Assembly (NCBI GenBank): GCA_045863295.1
Contig: BTWA01000004.1
Span: 128,001-192,000 of the forward strand
DNA length: 64,000 nt
Direction: 5' to 3'
From: Candidatus Hydrogenedentota bacterium
GTDB lineage: Bacteria > Hydrogenedentota > Hydrogenedentia > Hydrogenedentales > SLHB01
Every line of letters starts with the position of its first letter. The stretch's first letter is position 1. The notes beneath the pieces are model-generated. The model searched no databases. It had not been told where the DNA came from and saw only the letters and a program-made list of their open reading frames with translations. This document shows positions 20,701-29,031 of this stretch, in pieces. A program made the position numbers and the translations under genes.

Positions 20701-21503
20701 AGCTTGAACGGTACGCTGAATTGAAATGGAGTTCCGTCCAACACGCCCATGGACACCATGGCTCCGCCGTCAAACCGTTCAGCTGTATTTACGTTGTACC
20801 CCATTTCCGGGCCGAGCAATTCTTCCATTGCGGTGTAGCCTGTCCACCCTGCCAAGTTGGGCATCGCGGCCATCAACGAAACGTCAACCGGCTTTCGCCC
20901 TGTGTTTCGAATTCGGAATTGAAATAGTGCGCAGGGCAGCGCGGAATCCTTTGTATTCATGGGAATGCACGGGGAATAGGCGTCAAGTTCGACCGCGACG
21001 GGCAAAGCTCCGTCGAGGTAGCGCAAGCTGGCCAGCGGAAACTCGCCCGCAAATTCGACCGCGGTGACGCCAGGGCCGGGCGTATTCGCTCCCTGCTGGA
21101 GAACTCGAGCCACAGGATTGGAATCTTTTTGCTGCACGCGGATTCCAAAAAAGGACCCAGCGACGTTGGCATTCACATTGAAATTATTGACGATTTGCCA
21201 AGGATTCAGCGATCCGTCGCCTTTGAGGTAAACCTGTCCGGCGCCAATGCCGCCGAGTGGAAACGCAATGTGATCGAGTTCGACGCCACGAAACACTTTT
21301 CGATCGCCACGATCAAGGAGGGAGGCATTCCACGCAGCCAGTGCATCATTCGGTTCTGTGGATTCGGCCGCGGCACTCCCCAACAGAAGCGTGGCGCCGC
21401 CGGCGGTGGCTCCCGCCGCTTTCAGGAAGCTGCGTCGGGTGACCTCGGATTCATTGGGGCGGCAACACTTGCCCCCACAGCACTCGTACCCCGTTTCTGT
21501 CAT
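17742..21503 (-). CDS. Tat-exported GH116-family glycoside hydrolase with inserted domains
   Basis: TRRSFLK Tat motif; FPLGGIGAG GH116 N-terminus; CTHVYNY, QPNTYD, DQLLGQW, EVWTGLEY, RNPWAELECG..YARAM. Confidence 0.92.
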   Translation of the reverse strand: MTETGYECCGGKCCRPNESEVTRRSFLKAAGATAGGATLLLGSAAAESTEPNDALAAWNASLLDRGDRKVFRGVELDHIAFPLGGIGAGQVYLKGDGSLNPWQIVNNFNVNANVAGSFFGIRVQQKDSNPVARVLQQGANTPGPGVTAVEFAGEFPLASLRYLDGALPVAVELDAYSPCIPMNTKDSALPCALFQFRIRNTGRKPVDVSLMAAMPNLAGWTGYTAMEELLGPEMGYNVNTAERFDGGAMVSMGVLDGTPFQFSVPFKLHTNDRDVAFHLRYAGNVDVRFGQSVPIAPPASADAVYWYRDDGETVLGDEFAGMFDAVDAGATLIYSCGPNSLLMRAESAAEDSPLLLEDWGKGSYDGWTVEGDAFGASPASGTLPGQQTVSGYRGTYYINSFHGGDDTRGRMTSRLFVIDRDYIHLQVGGGRQPNLACVNLRIDGQVVASATGDNTERLRPVRWDVATHKGKQAQIEILDQAVGGWGHILAGEIYVSHSPASPYVDPALIGRARQAMPISWTDAQFAERDGGVPPGWETSGISLRPGSSVLGQSPVLYAGACGRGRIVLCLSEVPEGLESFSRKSYYGQLIANAIGSTADPITGVHHSAPHYGSMALAVLGDKNAAATSQSDDPAALWASFVERGGLDDSPAGPSEPGRSWYGALASSFALRPGKSKEITFVLAWHFPNRTKDRGFGWAKPEFEKDARLGNQYNHWFESADDVAKYVASHVERLSRETRLFHQTMHDSTLPRYVLDAVTANVSTVQSPIYVWTEDGTVGGFEGADRCCPMNCTHVYNYVMTPAFLWPELERNVRETDLLVQMHPTEHYIPHRTVLPLSEPRLGFEIGGPHHPALDGQLGTLLKLYREVRMHGDIAWLEKLWGRARDHLLYLMKTHDPQEEGIIRGEQPNTYDIHTYGSNTFIGSLYLAALRAMEEMARLMNDSSMADLCRARFEKARGAYDQTCWNGSYYINVFDAPGATPETYEQGNCWGIGCHADQLLGQWWANILGLGHVLPEERVRTALQSVHANCWRTNLVNHKHTQRVFAEGDEKGLLTCVWPEGGRPRHPVLYCDEVWTGLEYHVAACLIHEGRVVEGLQIVRGARDRYTGNQRNPWAELECGYHYARAMSAQTLLNAAAGLVYNAVDASLEVNPKISPDQFRCFFTGAGGWGTVGQERTHGVQTNHVRVVHGNVGLNRLTLTLARGSMVKNVLATYGRRRIKAAATRDGDTVTVSLSTQAIIDATHPLTVRVETQY

Positions 21504-21523
21504 CGGCTACCCCCTTGAGTCGC

Positions 21524-22330
21524 TTATCCTGTCACCGTCATCTCCGTCGGAAAGGGGTGCTGGCCCGGTTGACGCGCTCGTTTGCCGCACACCATGACCC
21601 CCGGCCTCCCCTTGCTCTGCCCGGCAATTTGGACGTTTTCCGGATCGCGGTACCCCACGCGAATCATGCGCCGCACTTTGTCGGTAGTGTTGATGTGGCT
21701 CCCGTGAATGCAAAAGATATTGAAGCATACGACGTCCCCGCGCTTGGCGGGCACAGGGGTGGTATCCTCCAGCTTGTACCGGTCAGTAGGAAGGTGAGGC
21801 GTGCACGCCTCGCCCTCGGGCGTCGTCACAATGTGTTGAAGCGCGCCCGCATTGTGCGATCCCCTCAGAAAGCGGATTTCGCCATTTGCATGGCATGTGT
21901 CGTCGAGATGAATAAGCGCGTCTACGTACCGGCCGTCCACGTGTGCGTAGAAAGCGTTGTCCTGATGCATGGGAAAAGGGTGCCCGGTCTCCGGCGGCTT
22001 CGCATGCAAGGTCATGTGGTGCAACTCGACATTGGGCCCGATGAGTTGCTCCATGATGTGCGCCATGCGGTGGCCAGTGGCCGCGCGCATCCAGGCATCG
22101 CTGTAGAAGTGAAGATCGTGCAATGACGTGAGCTTGCTCTTTTGCTCGGTCTCCGCATCCATGTATACCTTTCGCCAGGGTCCGGTCCATCCGGTTTCTG
22201 TAATGGCCCATTGCTCCATGAGAAAGTCCAAATGGCTCGTCAGTTCATCCACCTCGTCCTGGGAGAAGACGTCTGGAATATGCAGATATCCGTGGTCGCG
22301 ATAGAATTGGATTTGGTCAGTCGAAATCAT
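21524..22330 (-). CDS. PhyH-family Fe(II)/2-oxoglutarate dioxygenase
   Basis: FYRDHGYL, KPP..G..FPMHQD, GSH, GDVVCF, IHGS..N...RR. Confidence 0.92.
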   Translation of the reverse strand: MISTDQIQFYRDHGYLHIPDVFSQDEVDELTSHLDFLMEQWAITETGWTGPWRKVYMDAETEQKSKLTSLHDLHFYSDAWMRAATGHRMAHIMEQLIGPNVELHHMTLHAKPPETGHPFPMHQDNAFYAHVDGRYVDALIHLDDTCHANGEIRFLRGSHNAGALQHIVTTPEGEACTPHLPTDRYKLEDTTPVPAKRGDVVCFNIFCIHGSHINTTDKVRRMIRVGYRDPENVQIAGQSKGRPGVMVCGKRARQPGQHPFPTEMTVTG

Positions 22331-22424
22331 TCGGGAAGCCTCACTCTGGCCGTTAGTTTGGAATCAGGTTTTCACAATTACGGGGGAAAAAGCAAAAGCG
22401 TTCCCGCGGGCGGAAGAAATGAAA

Positions 22425-22450
22425 GCGCCGCCAGACAAATCTGGCGGCGC
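22425..22450 (-). terminator. Terminator after flagellin
   Basis: GCGCCGCCAGA/TCTGGCGGCGC stem followed by TTTCATTTCTT on the minus strand. Confidence 0.75.
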
Positions 22451-22482
22451 CACTATTGGAAACCGGTACGGAGGCCGGCGTA

Positions 22483-23301
22483 TTACTGACCGAGCAACTG
22501 CAGGGCCGTCTGCGGGATAACGTTCGTCTGGGCCAAAACGGCGGTACCCGCGCTGACGAGAATCTGGTTGCGCGTGAAGTCGAGCGTCTCGCGCGAGATA
22601 TCGGCGTCGCGCAGCGCGCTGTCGGATGCCGACGAATTCTCTTCCTGAATCTGAAGATTCTGAATGGTGAACTCGAGGCGGTTTTGCGTCGCGCCGAAGA
22701 GGCTTCGGAGAAACGTGACACTTCGCAGCGCGCGGTCAATGGTGCTCAATGTGGACACCGCGCTCGCGACACTGGAGATGGTCACGGTATTGACGCCGAT
22801 GTCGTTTGTCTTGGCGCCATTCACCGTGACGACAAGCGTTTGGCCGGCTTGGGCGCCCGCTTGCAGTGTGACCGTTTGCGCGGCACTGAGCACGCGCAGG
22901 CCATTGAATTCCGTATCAAGCGCGATGTCGTCGATCTGCTGAAGCAGCTCCTGCACTTCGGCGTTCAGCGCGGCCCGGTTTTGATCGCTGTTCGTGCCGT
23001 TCGCGGATTGCACAGCGAGTTCGCGTATGCGCTGGAGAATATTCGTGCTGGTATCCAGCGCGCCTTCCGCCGTTTGAATCAGGCTGATGCCGTCCTGCGC
23101 ATTTCGTTGCGCGACCCGAGTACCGCGAATGACGGTGCGGAACGATTCGGAGATCGAAAGTCCCGCTGCATCGTCCGCGGCCCGATTGATACGCAAACCG
23201 CTGGCGAGTCGTTCCAGGCTTCGGTTGAGTTGTCCCGTGGATCGGGAGAGGATGCGGGCTGCATTGAGACCCGCCACGTTCGTATTTATTCGTAGGCCCA
23301 T
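22483..23301 (-). CDS. fliC: Flagellin (minimal, 272 aa)
   Basis: MGLRINTN, ERLASGLRINRAADDAAGL, NAQDGISLIQTAEGAL, GATQNRLE, RDAD; GGAGG RBS. Confidence 0.97.
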   Translation of the reverse strand: MGLRINTNVAGLNAARILSRSTGQLNRSLERLASGLRINRAADDAAGLSISESFRTVIRGTRVAQRNAQDGISLIQTAEGALDTSTNILQRIRELAVQSANGTNSDQNRAALNAEVQELLQQIDDIALDTEFNGLRVLSAAQTVTLQAGAQAGQTLVVTVNGAKTNDIGVNTVTISSVASAVSTLSTIDRALRSVTFLRSLFGATQNRLEFTIQNLQIQEENSSASDSALRDADISRETLDFTRNQILVSAGTAVLAQTNVIPQTALQLLGQ

Positions 23302-23381
23302 GGCTTCTTTCCTCCGTGATGCCGGTAACCTCTGCATCCATGCATCGGTTTTCAGTCCGCGTATGGCGGATTCGTGACGGT

Positions 23382-23409
23382 ATATCGGCAGGGCTGTGCA
23401 AAAGCTTTA
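23382..23409 (-). promoter_or_regulatory. Sigma28 (FliA/SigD) promoter of fliC
   Basis: TAAA-N16-GCCGATAT on the minus strand. Confidence 0.85.
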
Positions 23410-23621
23410 ATCCACAATTCGCATCGCCGTCTTTGCATGCACAAGGCAAGACACATACTCAAGAACATCAAAGGCTAATGTCGATCGTGACCCGCTCTCC
23501 TCATCTTCAGTCAGTGAGTAAGGGAATGACTCGCGAACGCACTCGCGTGACAAATCCAGGTCGTGTGCAGGTTCATTGAGACCATTCATAGTGAGGTTCG
23601 ACCATGCAATTCACACCACGC

Positions 23622-23649
23622 TCAAGGTTTGCTATGAATTGGCCGATAA
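23622..23649 (+). promoter_or_regulatory. Orphan sigma28-type promoter facing the dnaB 3' end
   Basis: TCAA(G)-N16-GCCGATAA; the same TCAAG -35 variant occurs at the flgN promoter. Confidence 0.65.
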
Positions 23650-23705
23650 CCCTGAAGGGAATCCGGTGTCAGGCCGGATCGAATATGCACGCCGTCGGCG
23701 ATCGA

Positions 23706-25211
23706 TCAGAACGGTGTGTCGTCTTCGTCGTCGAACACGTCTTCCGGATCGTATACAGGAGGCGTCTTGCCGCCATTGCCACCGGCCGCGGGCATGGAAC
23801 TAACGGGTGGCTTCATGCCGGGAGTGAATTCAACGGGATCCTGGAACTGTTGGATATTGCGATCGAAAAATAGATCGAGTCGTCCGGTGGGGCCGTTGCG
23901 TTGCTTGGCAATGGTCAAATGAACAAGCTTATCCTGATTGCCGATGGGATCGTCGTCCCCGGAGTCCCGCTTGTCCATGGGCGGACGCGACAACATCAAC
24001 ACCACGTCGGCATCTTGTTCGATGGCGCCGGATTCACGAAGGTGCGAGAGTTTCGGCGTGCCGCCGTCGTCTTTTTCCGCTTCGCGGCTGAGCTGCGACA
24101 AAGCTAGAACGGGCACGTTCAGTTCGCGCGCAATACCTTTAATGGAACGGGAGATTTCCGAAATTTCGAGCTGTCTGCTTTCGACACGCGAACCACTGCT
24201 CATGAGTTGCATGTAATCGATTACGATGAGATCAATGCCGTGTTGCGCGGCATGCCTCCGGGCTTTTGATCGCAGTTCGAGCACACTGATGTTGGGCGTT
24301 TCGTCAATGTAGATATTCGCCGTGCTCAATTTGTCCGCCGCTGGAATAAGTTTGTCGAACTCCTTGGTGGCCAGGAATCCGGATCGAAGACGCTTTGAAT
24401 CTATCTTGCCGATCATGCAGAGCAGTCTCTGGACCAGTTGCTCCTTGGCCATTTCAAGGCTGAAGATAAGAACCGATTTCTTTTCACGGATAGCAACATT
24501 GGCGGCGACGTTGAGCGCAAACGCGGTCTTGCCCACGGACGGCCGCGCAGCGAGAATAATCATGTCGCTGAACTGAAACCCCGACAGCATTTCATCGAGC
24601 TTGTGATAGCCCGTCGGCAATCCTGTGTACCCTTGGTGGGATTTGATTACTTTTTCGATACGGTCGATGCTGTCTGTCAATAAATCGGCAACGCGATAAA
24701 TTGGATTGAGCTGCCGCGCCTGTGCGATGGAAAAGATCTCCGATTCGGCGTTGTCGAGCAAGTTGTTGACTTCGTCAGACTTCTCGTACGCGCGCCCGGC
24801 GATCTGTGTGCAGGCGGAAATCAATTTGCGCAGGACCGCGGCGTCGAGCACCAGCTTTGCGTAGTACTCGATGTTGGCGGATGTGGGCACGGCGCTGGTG
24901 AGTTCCGCAATGTACGAAGTGCCTCCGCAATTCTCCAACATCGACGACTGATCCAATTGCGAGAGCAGCGTCACGACGTCGACGGGTACGTTTCGCCGGA
25001 AAAGGGCGATCATGGCCGTATAGATGTGTTGATGGGCCTCGACGTAAAACATGTCCTCGCCGGAATCGTGAAGGATCTCGATGGCGGTTCCAATGGCATC
25101 AGGGTTCAGAAGAATGGCGCCCAGAACGGAACGCTCCGCTTCGATGTTTTGCGGCGGCATTCGATCGAAGACGGGTTTGGGAGCAGGCGATTGTTTTTTG
25201 ATTCTTGCCAT
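23706..25211 (-). CDS. dnaB: Replicative DNA helicase
   Basis: PPQNIEAERSVLG, AARPSVGKT, FSLEM, IDYMQL, LSQLSR, LRESGAIEQDAD, AKQRNGPTG. Confidence 0.98.
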   Translation of the reverse strand: MARIKKQSPAPKPVFDRMPPQNIEAERSVLGAILLNPDAIGTAIEILHDSGEDMFYVEAHQHIYTAMIALFRRNVPVDVVTLLSQLDQSSMLENCGGTSYIAELTSAVPTSANIEYYAKLVLDAAVLRKLISACTQIAGRAYEKSDEVNNLLDNAESEIFSIAQARQLNPIYRVADLLTDSIDRIEKVIKSHQGYTGLPTGYHKLDEMLSGFQFSDMIILAARPSVGKTAFALNVAANVAIREKKSVLIFSLEMAKEQLVQRLLCMIGKIDSKRLRSGFLATKEFDKLIPAADKLSTANIYIDETPNISVLELRSKARRHAAQHGIDLIVIDYMQLMSSGSRVESRQLEISEISRSIKGIARELNVPVLALSQLSREAEKDDGGTPKLSHLRESGAIEQDADVVLMLSRPPMDKRDSGDDDPIGNQDKLVHLTIAKQRNGPTGRLDLFFDRNIQQFQDPVEFTPGMKPPVSSMPAAGGNGGKTPPVYDPEDVFDDEDDTPF

Positions 25212-25319
25212 GGAAGAGACGTACCCCTTACAGGGCGGATCATACCATTTGACACGCGGCACGCGCACCCAATTTTTGACATGTCCGTACAGAATCGTTG
25301 CGCGGTGAAAAAATAAAAG

Positions 25320-25351
25320 GACGCCTCCGCTTCTGGATCAGCGGAGGCGTC
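25320..25351 (-). terminator. Terminator after rplI
   Basis: GACGCCTCCGCT/AGCGGAGGCGTC stem followed by CTTTTATTTTTT on the minus strand. Confidence 0.8.
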
Positions 25352-25400
25352 AAATGTTTATTGAACAGGTTTGTAGCGTGCGAACGCCGAAACAGGAACG

Positions 25401-25940
25401 TTACTCGGCGTCTTCGGCTTCGGCCTTTTCTTCGGCGGCGATTTCCGCGGCGATTGCTTCGGCTTCCGCTTTAGCGGCGGCTTCCGCTTCGAGGTCTATT
25501 TCGCGCTCGACAACAACGTTTACTTTGCCTGACACGCCATTGCCCAACTTCACCTGGATTGGATAGGTGCCCAAGCTCTTGATGGGCTCTTCAAGCAGAA
25601 TCGATCGCCGGTCGATATCCTGACCCATTGCCTTCAGCGCGTCCGCGATGTGGTGTGTCGTGACGGAACCGAAAAGCTTGTCGTTTTCACCCGCCTTCAT
25701 CTGAATAGTAACGGAAACGGCTTCGAGCTGTTTGGCGATGTCGGCGAGGTGGGCCTTGTGCTTCACCTCACGCTTCTTAATAATGCGCATTTCGTGCTCG
25801 ATCTGTTTCGCGGTTGCGGACTGCATCGGCACGGCCAGTTTGCGGGGAAACAGGAAGTTGCGCGCGTAGCCGTCGGCCACGTTCACCACATGTCCCATCT
25901 CTCCGAGATTCCGGACGTTTTGGCTTAGAATCACTTTCAC
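25401..25940 (-). CDS. rplI: 50S ribosomal protein L9
   Basis: MKVIL...VADGYARNFLFP...KLFGSVT; acidic Ala/Glu tail. Confidence 0.98.
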   Translation of the reverse strand: MKVILSQNVRNLGEMGHVVNVADGYARNFLFPRKLAVPMQSATAKQIEHEMRIIKKREVKHKAHLADIAKQLEAVSVTIQMKAGENDKLFGSVTTHHIADALKAMGQDIDRRSILLEEPIKSLGTYPIQVKLGNGVSGKVNVVVEREIDLEAEAAAKAEAEAIAAEIAAEEKAEAEDAE

Positions 25941-26001
25941 GGTGCTACACCTCCATGCATTTTCTTACTCGGCAATCCGCGGGCCGGGACCCGAATCCGC
26001 C

Positions 26002-27018
26002 CTATGAATCATCTTCTTCGCGGGCCTTCCGCGAAGCGGCGAAAGCATCGCATTTCGTGCGGAAGTCGGCCCAAGTATCAAACAGGCCGAACGTCAGCAG
26101 AAACACGCGCATGTCCAGCAATACAATCAGTATCAGAACGGCTAGCACAACCGCGACAGGCGGTCTTAACACATGGCTGCCGTACACCATGATGCCGAGT
26201 CCGTTGAACCAATACACGGCCGCCAATCCGACAGCGGCGTTCCAAGCGACGAATCGGACGGCTTCATTGGGCGAATAATGATCCCAGAACCAGAGTCCCG
26301 CGACGCCGATCACCGCCCAAATGAGCCATTCGGTCGGCCGCATGGTCATAAACGAGCCGACCGGCCCGGGTTCGCCCAGCCATTTCCGCAGCCCTGCGGC
26401 GGTCAGGGTGACCGCCAGACAGGTAACCGCAAGTATGGCGAGGTAATTGGTGCCAAACGCAATGTTTGGCCAGTTTTCCTTCAACTGTGCAATAACGTCT
26501 CGTTGCGCGGAGGGCAGTGAAATACCCTGCTGCGTCGCTTGCTGGGCCAGAGTCTCTTCGAACGCTCCCAGAAAGCTCTCGGCCTGACTCGTCCATTCCT
26601 GCCAGAGTAGCATGTCATGAACCAGAGTGAGACCGAAGACAACCGCGGTGGTGGCATACACCACACGGCCGTATGTCCACCTCCGTACAATGCCCCAGCC
26701 AACAAGCAATCCGGCACTGCTGAACAGTGCCTGATAAAGGCCTGGCCAAATCGTTATGAGTACGATTTCGGATCCGGTCTCGGCCTCACCCGGCGAACCG
26801 GTTATCTGCAATAAAACCCACCGGCTTATCATGCCGGTCGAAGCGGCTATGCCTGACACGAGGGCCAGACCCACCGCCCGGTAAGGCATCCGGCGTACCA
26901 TGTACAAGGCCACCGGTACCGGGAAAACGGCCATGGCGGGCAGCTGGCTGCCCAGTACAAATGTGGCAACGGCGCTGAACGCAAAGAGCGCCGTCGCTAT
27001 GGCCGCGTATAGCATCAT
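26002..27018 (-). CDS. DUF2232/YybS-family membrane protein
   Basis: Multi-TM protein with C-terminal GLFDTWADFR; canonical position between rpsR and rplI. Confidence 0.85.
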   Translation of the reverse strand: MMLYAAIATALFAFSAVATFVLGSQLPAMAVFPVPVALYMVRRMPYRAVGLALVSGIAASTGMISRWVLLQITGSPGEAETGSEIVLITIWPGLYQALFSSAGLLVGWGIVRRWTYGRVVYATTAVVFGLTLVHDMLLWQEWTSQAESFLGAFEETLAQQATQQGISLPSAQRDVIAQLKENWPNIAFGTNYLAILAVTCLAVTLTAAGLRKWLGEPGPVGSFMTMRPTEWLIWAVIGVAGLWFWDHYSPNEAVRFVAWNAAVGLAAVYWFNGLGIMVYGSHVLRPPVAVVLAVLILIVLLDMRVFLLTFGLFDTWADFRTKCDAFAASRKAREEDDS

Positions 27019-27042
27019 GCCCCGTGCCGGGCGCGGCGCCGC

Positions 27043-27315
27043 TTAATCGGCGACGTATGGCAGTAAAGCGATTTGCCGCGCCAGTTTGATGGCGCGGGTC
27101 AGCATCCGCTGGTGCCGCGCCGTCGCGCCGGTAATCCGCCGCGGAATTATCTTGCCGCGCTCGGTGACGTAGTGCTTGAGCATGCCCACATCCTTGTAGT
27201 CGATGTAGACAACGCGGTCAACGGTCAACCGGCTCACTTTGGACTTGGAAAGCGCCTTCTTCTTCTTCTTCCGGGCTCGCGCTTTCGCTTTCAATTTCAT
27301 CGAAATCTTGGACAT
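27043..27315 (-). CDS. rpsR: 30S ribosomal protein S18
   Basis: IDYKD...[13 protein letters not shown]...QR..AIKLAR..ALLPY. Confidence 0.98.
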   Translation of the reverse strand: MSKISMKLKAKARARKKKKKALSKSKVSRLTVDRVVYIDYKDVGMLKHYVTERGKIIPRRITGATARHQRMLTRAIKLARQIALLPYVAD

Positions 27316-27376
27316 GCCAAATCGTTCCTCAATCCCTGGCTACGGGCTTACATCCATACCAACATCGAACCGTTAC

Positions 27377-27829
27377 TTAAAACGGAATATCGTCCTCGGG
27401 GAGCGGCTCTTCGATCACGCGCGGCTGGGGCCGGTTTCCACCCCCGCCACCACTGCTGCTTCCAGCACCGCCACCTCGATCGTCCCAATCCAACTGCTGG
27501 ACCCGCTCGGCGACGACCTCTATCGCAGACCGCTTCTGCCCCGTGTTCTTATCTTCCCATTCGTTGCTTTTCAGGCGACCCTCAACCAAAACGGGTCGGC
27601 CTTTCTTCAAGTATTCGTTGCAAAACTCGGCGGACTTGTTCCATGTCTCTACGTTGATAAAGAATGAGTCCTCGCGACGCTCTCCATCTTTGGACTTATA
27701 AAAGCGCGATACCGCCATGCGCAGTTTACACACCGCCATTCCAGAGGGGAGATACCGCAACTCGGGGTCGGCGGTAAGCCGCCCCACCAGCTGCACTTTA
27801 TTCAGGTCCGGCATGCGCAAGTCGGACAT
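27377..27829 (-). CDS. ssb: Single-stranded DNA-binding protein
   Basis: LNKVQLVGRLTADPELRY, KGRPVLVEGRL, C-terminal EDDIPF. Confidence 0.98.
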   Translation of the reverse strand: MSDLRMPDLNKVQLVGRLTADPELRYLPSGMAVCKLRMAVSRFYKSKDGERREDSFFINVETWNKSAEFCNEYLKKGRPVLVEGRLKSNEWEDKNTGQKRSAIEVVAERVQQLDWDDRGGGAGSSSGGGGGNRPQPRVIEEPLPEDDIPF

Positions 27830-27886
27830 GGATCTCCTCCCTCTCGTGGGTCCGCGTCAAAGCCAATCCTATCCCGGATCACGGGA

Positions 27887-28336
27887 TTAATCGTCGTCGT
27901 CGTCTCGGTGGCGGCCGCGCGGGCCGCGCGACATCACCGGTTCGTCGTCCTCGTCGTCGCCGTCTTCGCTGCGACGCCGTCCGGACTGCAACTCAGCCTG
28001 CACGCGTTCAAACTGCTCTTGTTCGAGGCGCAAAGTCTTCTCGTCAAACACGAGGATCAGATCACGAATCACGTCTTCGGACAGGCGAAACGTGGTTTCC
28101 AGCTTTTCAATCAGGAGGGGATTGAGGGTGAAGCGCAAAAGGATATAGAAACCTTCGTTGAACTGCTTCACTTCATACGCAAGTTTGCGCTTACCCCAAA
28201 TTTCAGCCTTGAGGATGGCGCCGCCGTTGCCCGTGACGAAGTCTTCGGTCTGCTTGGCGATCTTCTGCACTTCCTCATCGCTCTTGTCCGGGCGAACAAT
28301 ATAGAGCGTCTCATACGTGTTCAAACTGGTACTCAA
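27887..28336 (-). CDS. rpsF: 30S ribosomal protein S6
   Basis: YETLYIVRPD, WGKRKLAYEV, EGFY; GGAGGTG RBS with TTG start. Confidence 0.97.
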   Translation of the reverse strand: MSTSLNTYETLYIVRPDKSDEEVQKIAKQTEDFVTGNGGAILKAEIWGKRKLAYEVKQFNEGFYILLRFTLNPLLIEKLETTFRLSEDVIRDLILVFDEKTLRLEQEQFERVQAELQSGRRRSEDGDDEDDEPVMSRGPRGRHRDDDDD

Positions 28337-28665
28337 CGGATCTCACCTCCCATGGGCAATCATGTAGATCAAAAAGGCGCATTCCACCCTTCGGCGCGGG
28401 CTCCGCAATTGCCGCGCCGGTTCGAAGGGCGGACACGAATGGCGTATCGTATCAGAAATCGGCGGCTTTCTCAACACTGGCGACGCGAAGGGTAATGGAC
28501 GCGAAGTGTGAATGGGAACGCGCAGAGGTGGAAGTTCGAGGGATCGGCTTCCCTCCGTAATGATTCCCTGCGGGGATTCGCCTCCCAAGCGCAACCGAAA
28601 GTACAGCAACCGTACCGGATTTGCCGGTTCCAGCGGGCGCACTGCCCAGGTGAACTAGTCCGGGT

Positions 28666-29031
28666 TCATTCCCTACGGGACATCGTTTGGAAGCGGCTCT
28701 TGGGGAGGGGGTAGATTTTTACCTTGACCTTCCCCGAATTGGGATGAAGCTTCCGCATGGCGGCCTTGGAGAGGTCAATCACCCGTCCTTTGACGTACGG
28801 GCCGCGGTCGTTCAGGCGAACAACCACCGAGTTTCCGTTTTCCGCGACGACCAGATAGTAACTGCCAAACTCGCCGTCGAGCATGGCGCACGTGTAGTCG
28901 TCATCGCGGAGTGGTTCGCCCGAAGCGGTCATGGCACTGCTGCTTTGCACCGTATAGTACGAAGCGAGCCCTTCCGTGACCGGTTCGAGCGGCTGTTGCG
29001 AAAGCAACAGAAGCGCGACGATCTCAAACAT
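28666..29031 (-). CDS. RlpA-like double-psi beta-barrel protein (septal lytic transglycosylase family)
   Basis: GLASYY, TASGE, NGNSVVVRLNDRGPYVKGRVIDLSKAA. Confidence 0.9.
   Translation of the reverse strand: MFEIVALLLLSQQPLEPVTEGLASYYTVQSSSAMTASGEPLRDDDYTCAMLDGEFGSYYLVVAENGNSVVVRLNDRGPYVKGRVIDLSKAAMRKLHPNSGKVKVKIYPLPKSRFQTMSRRE

Noticed and set aside
23300..23705. Invertible promoter (phase variation) between fliC and dnaB
   Set aside because: No convincing flanking inverted repeats and no recombinase in the window.
23604..23873. + strand ORF near the orphan sigma28 promoter
   Set aside because: Mostly antisense to dnaB, with no RBS or motif; treated as non-coding.
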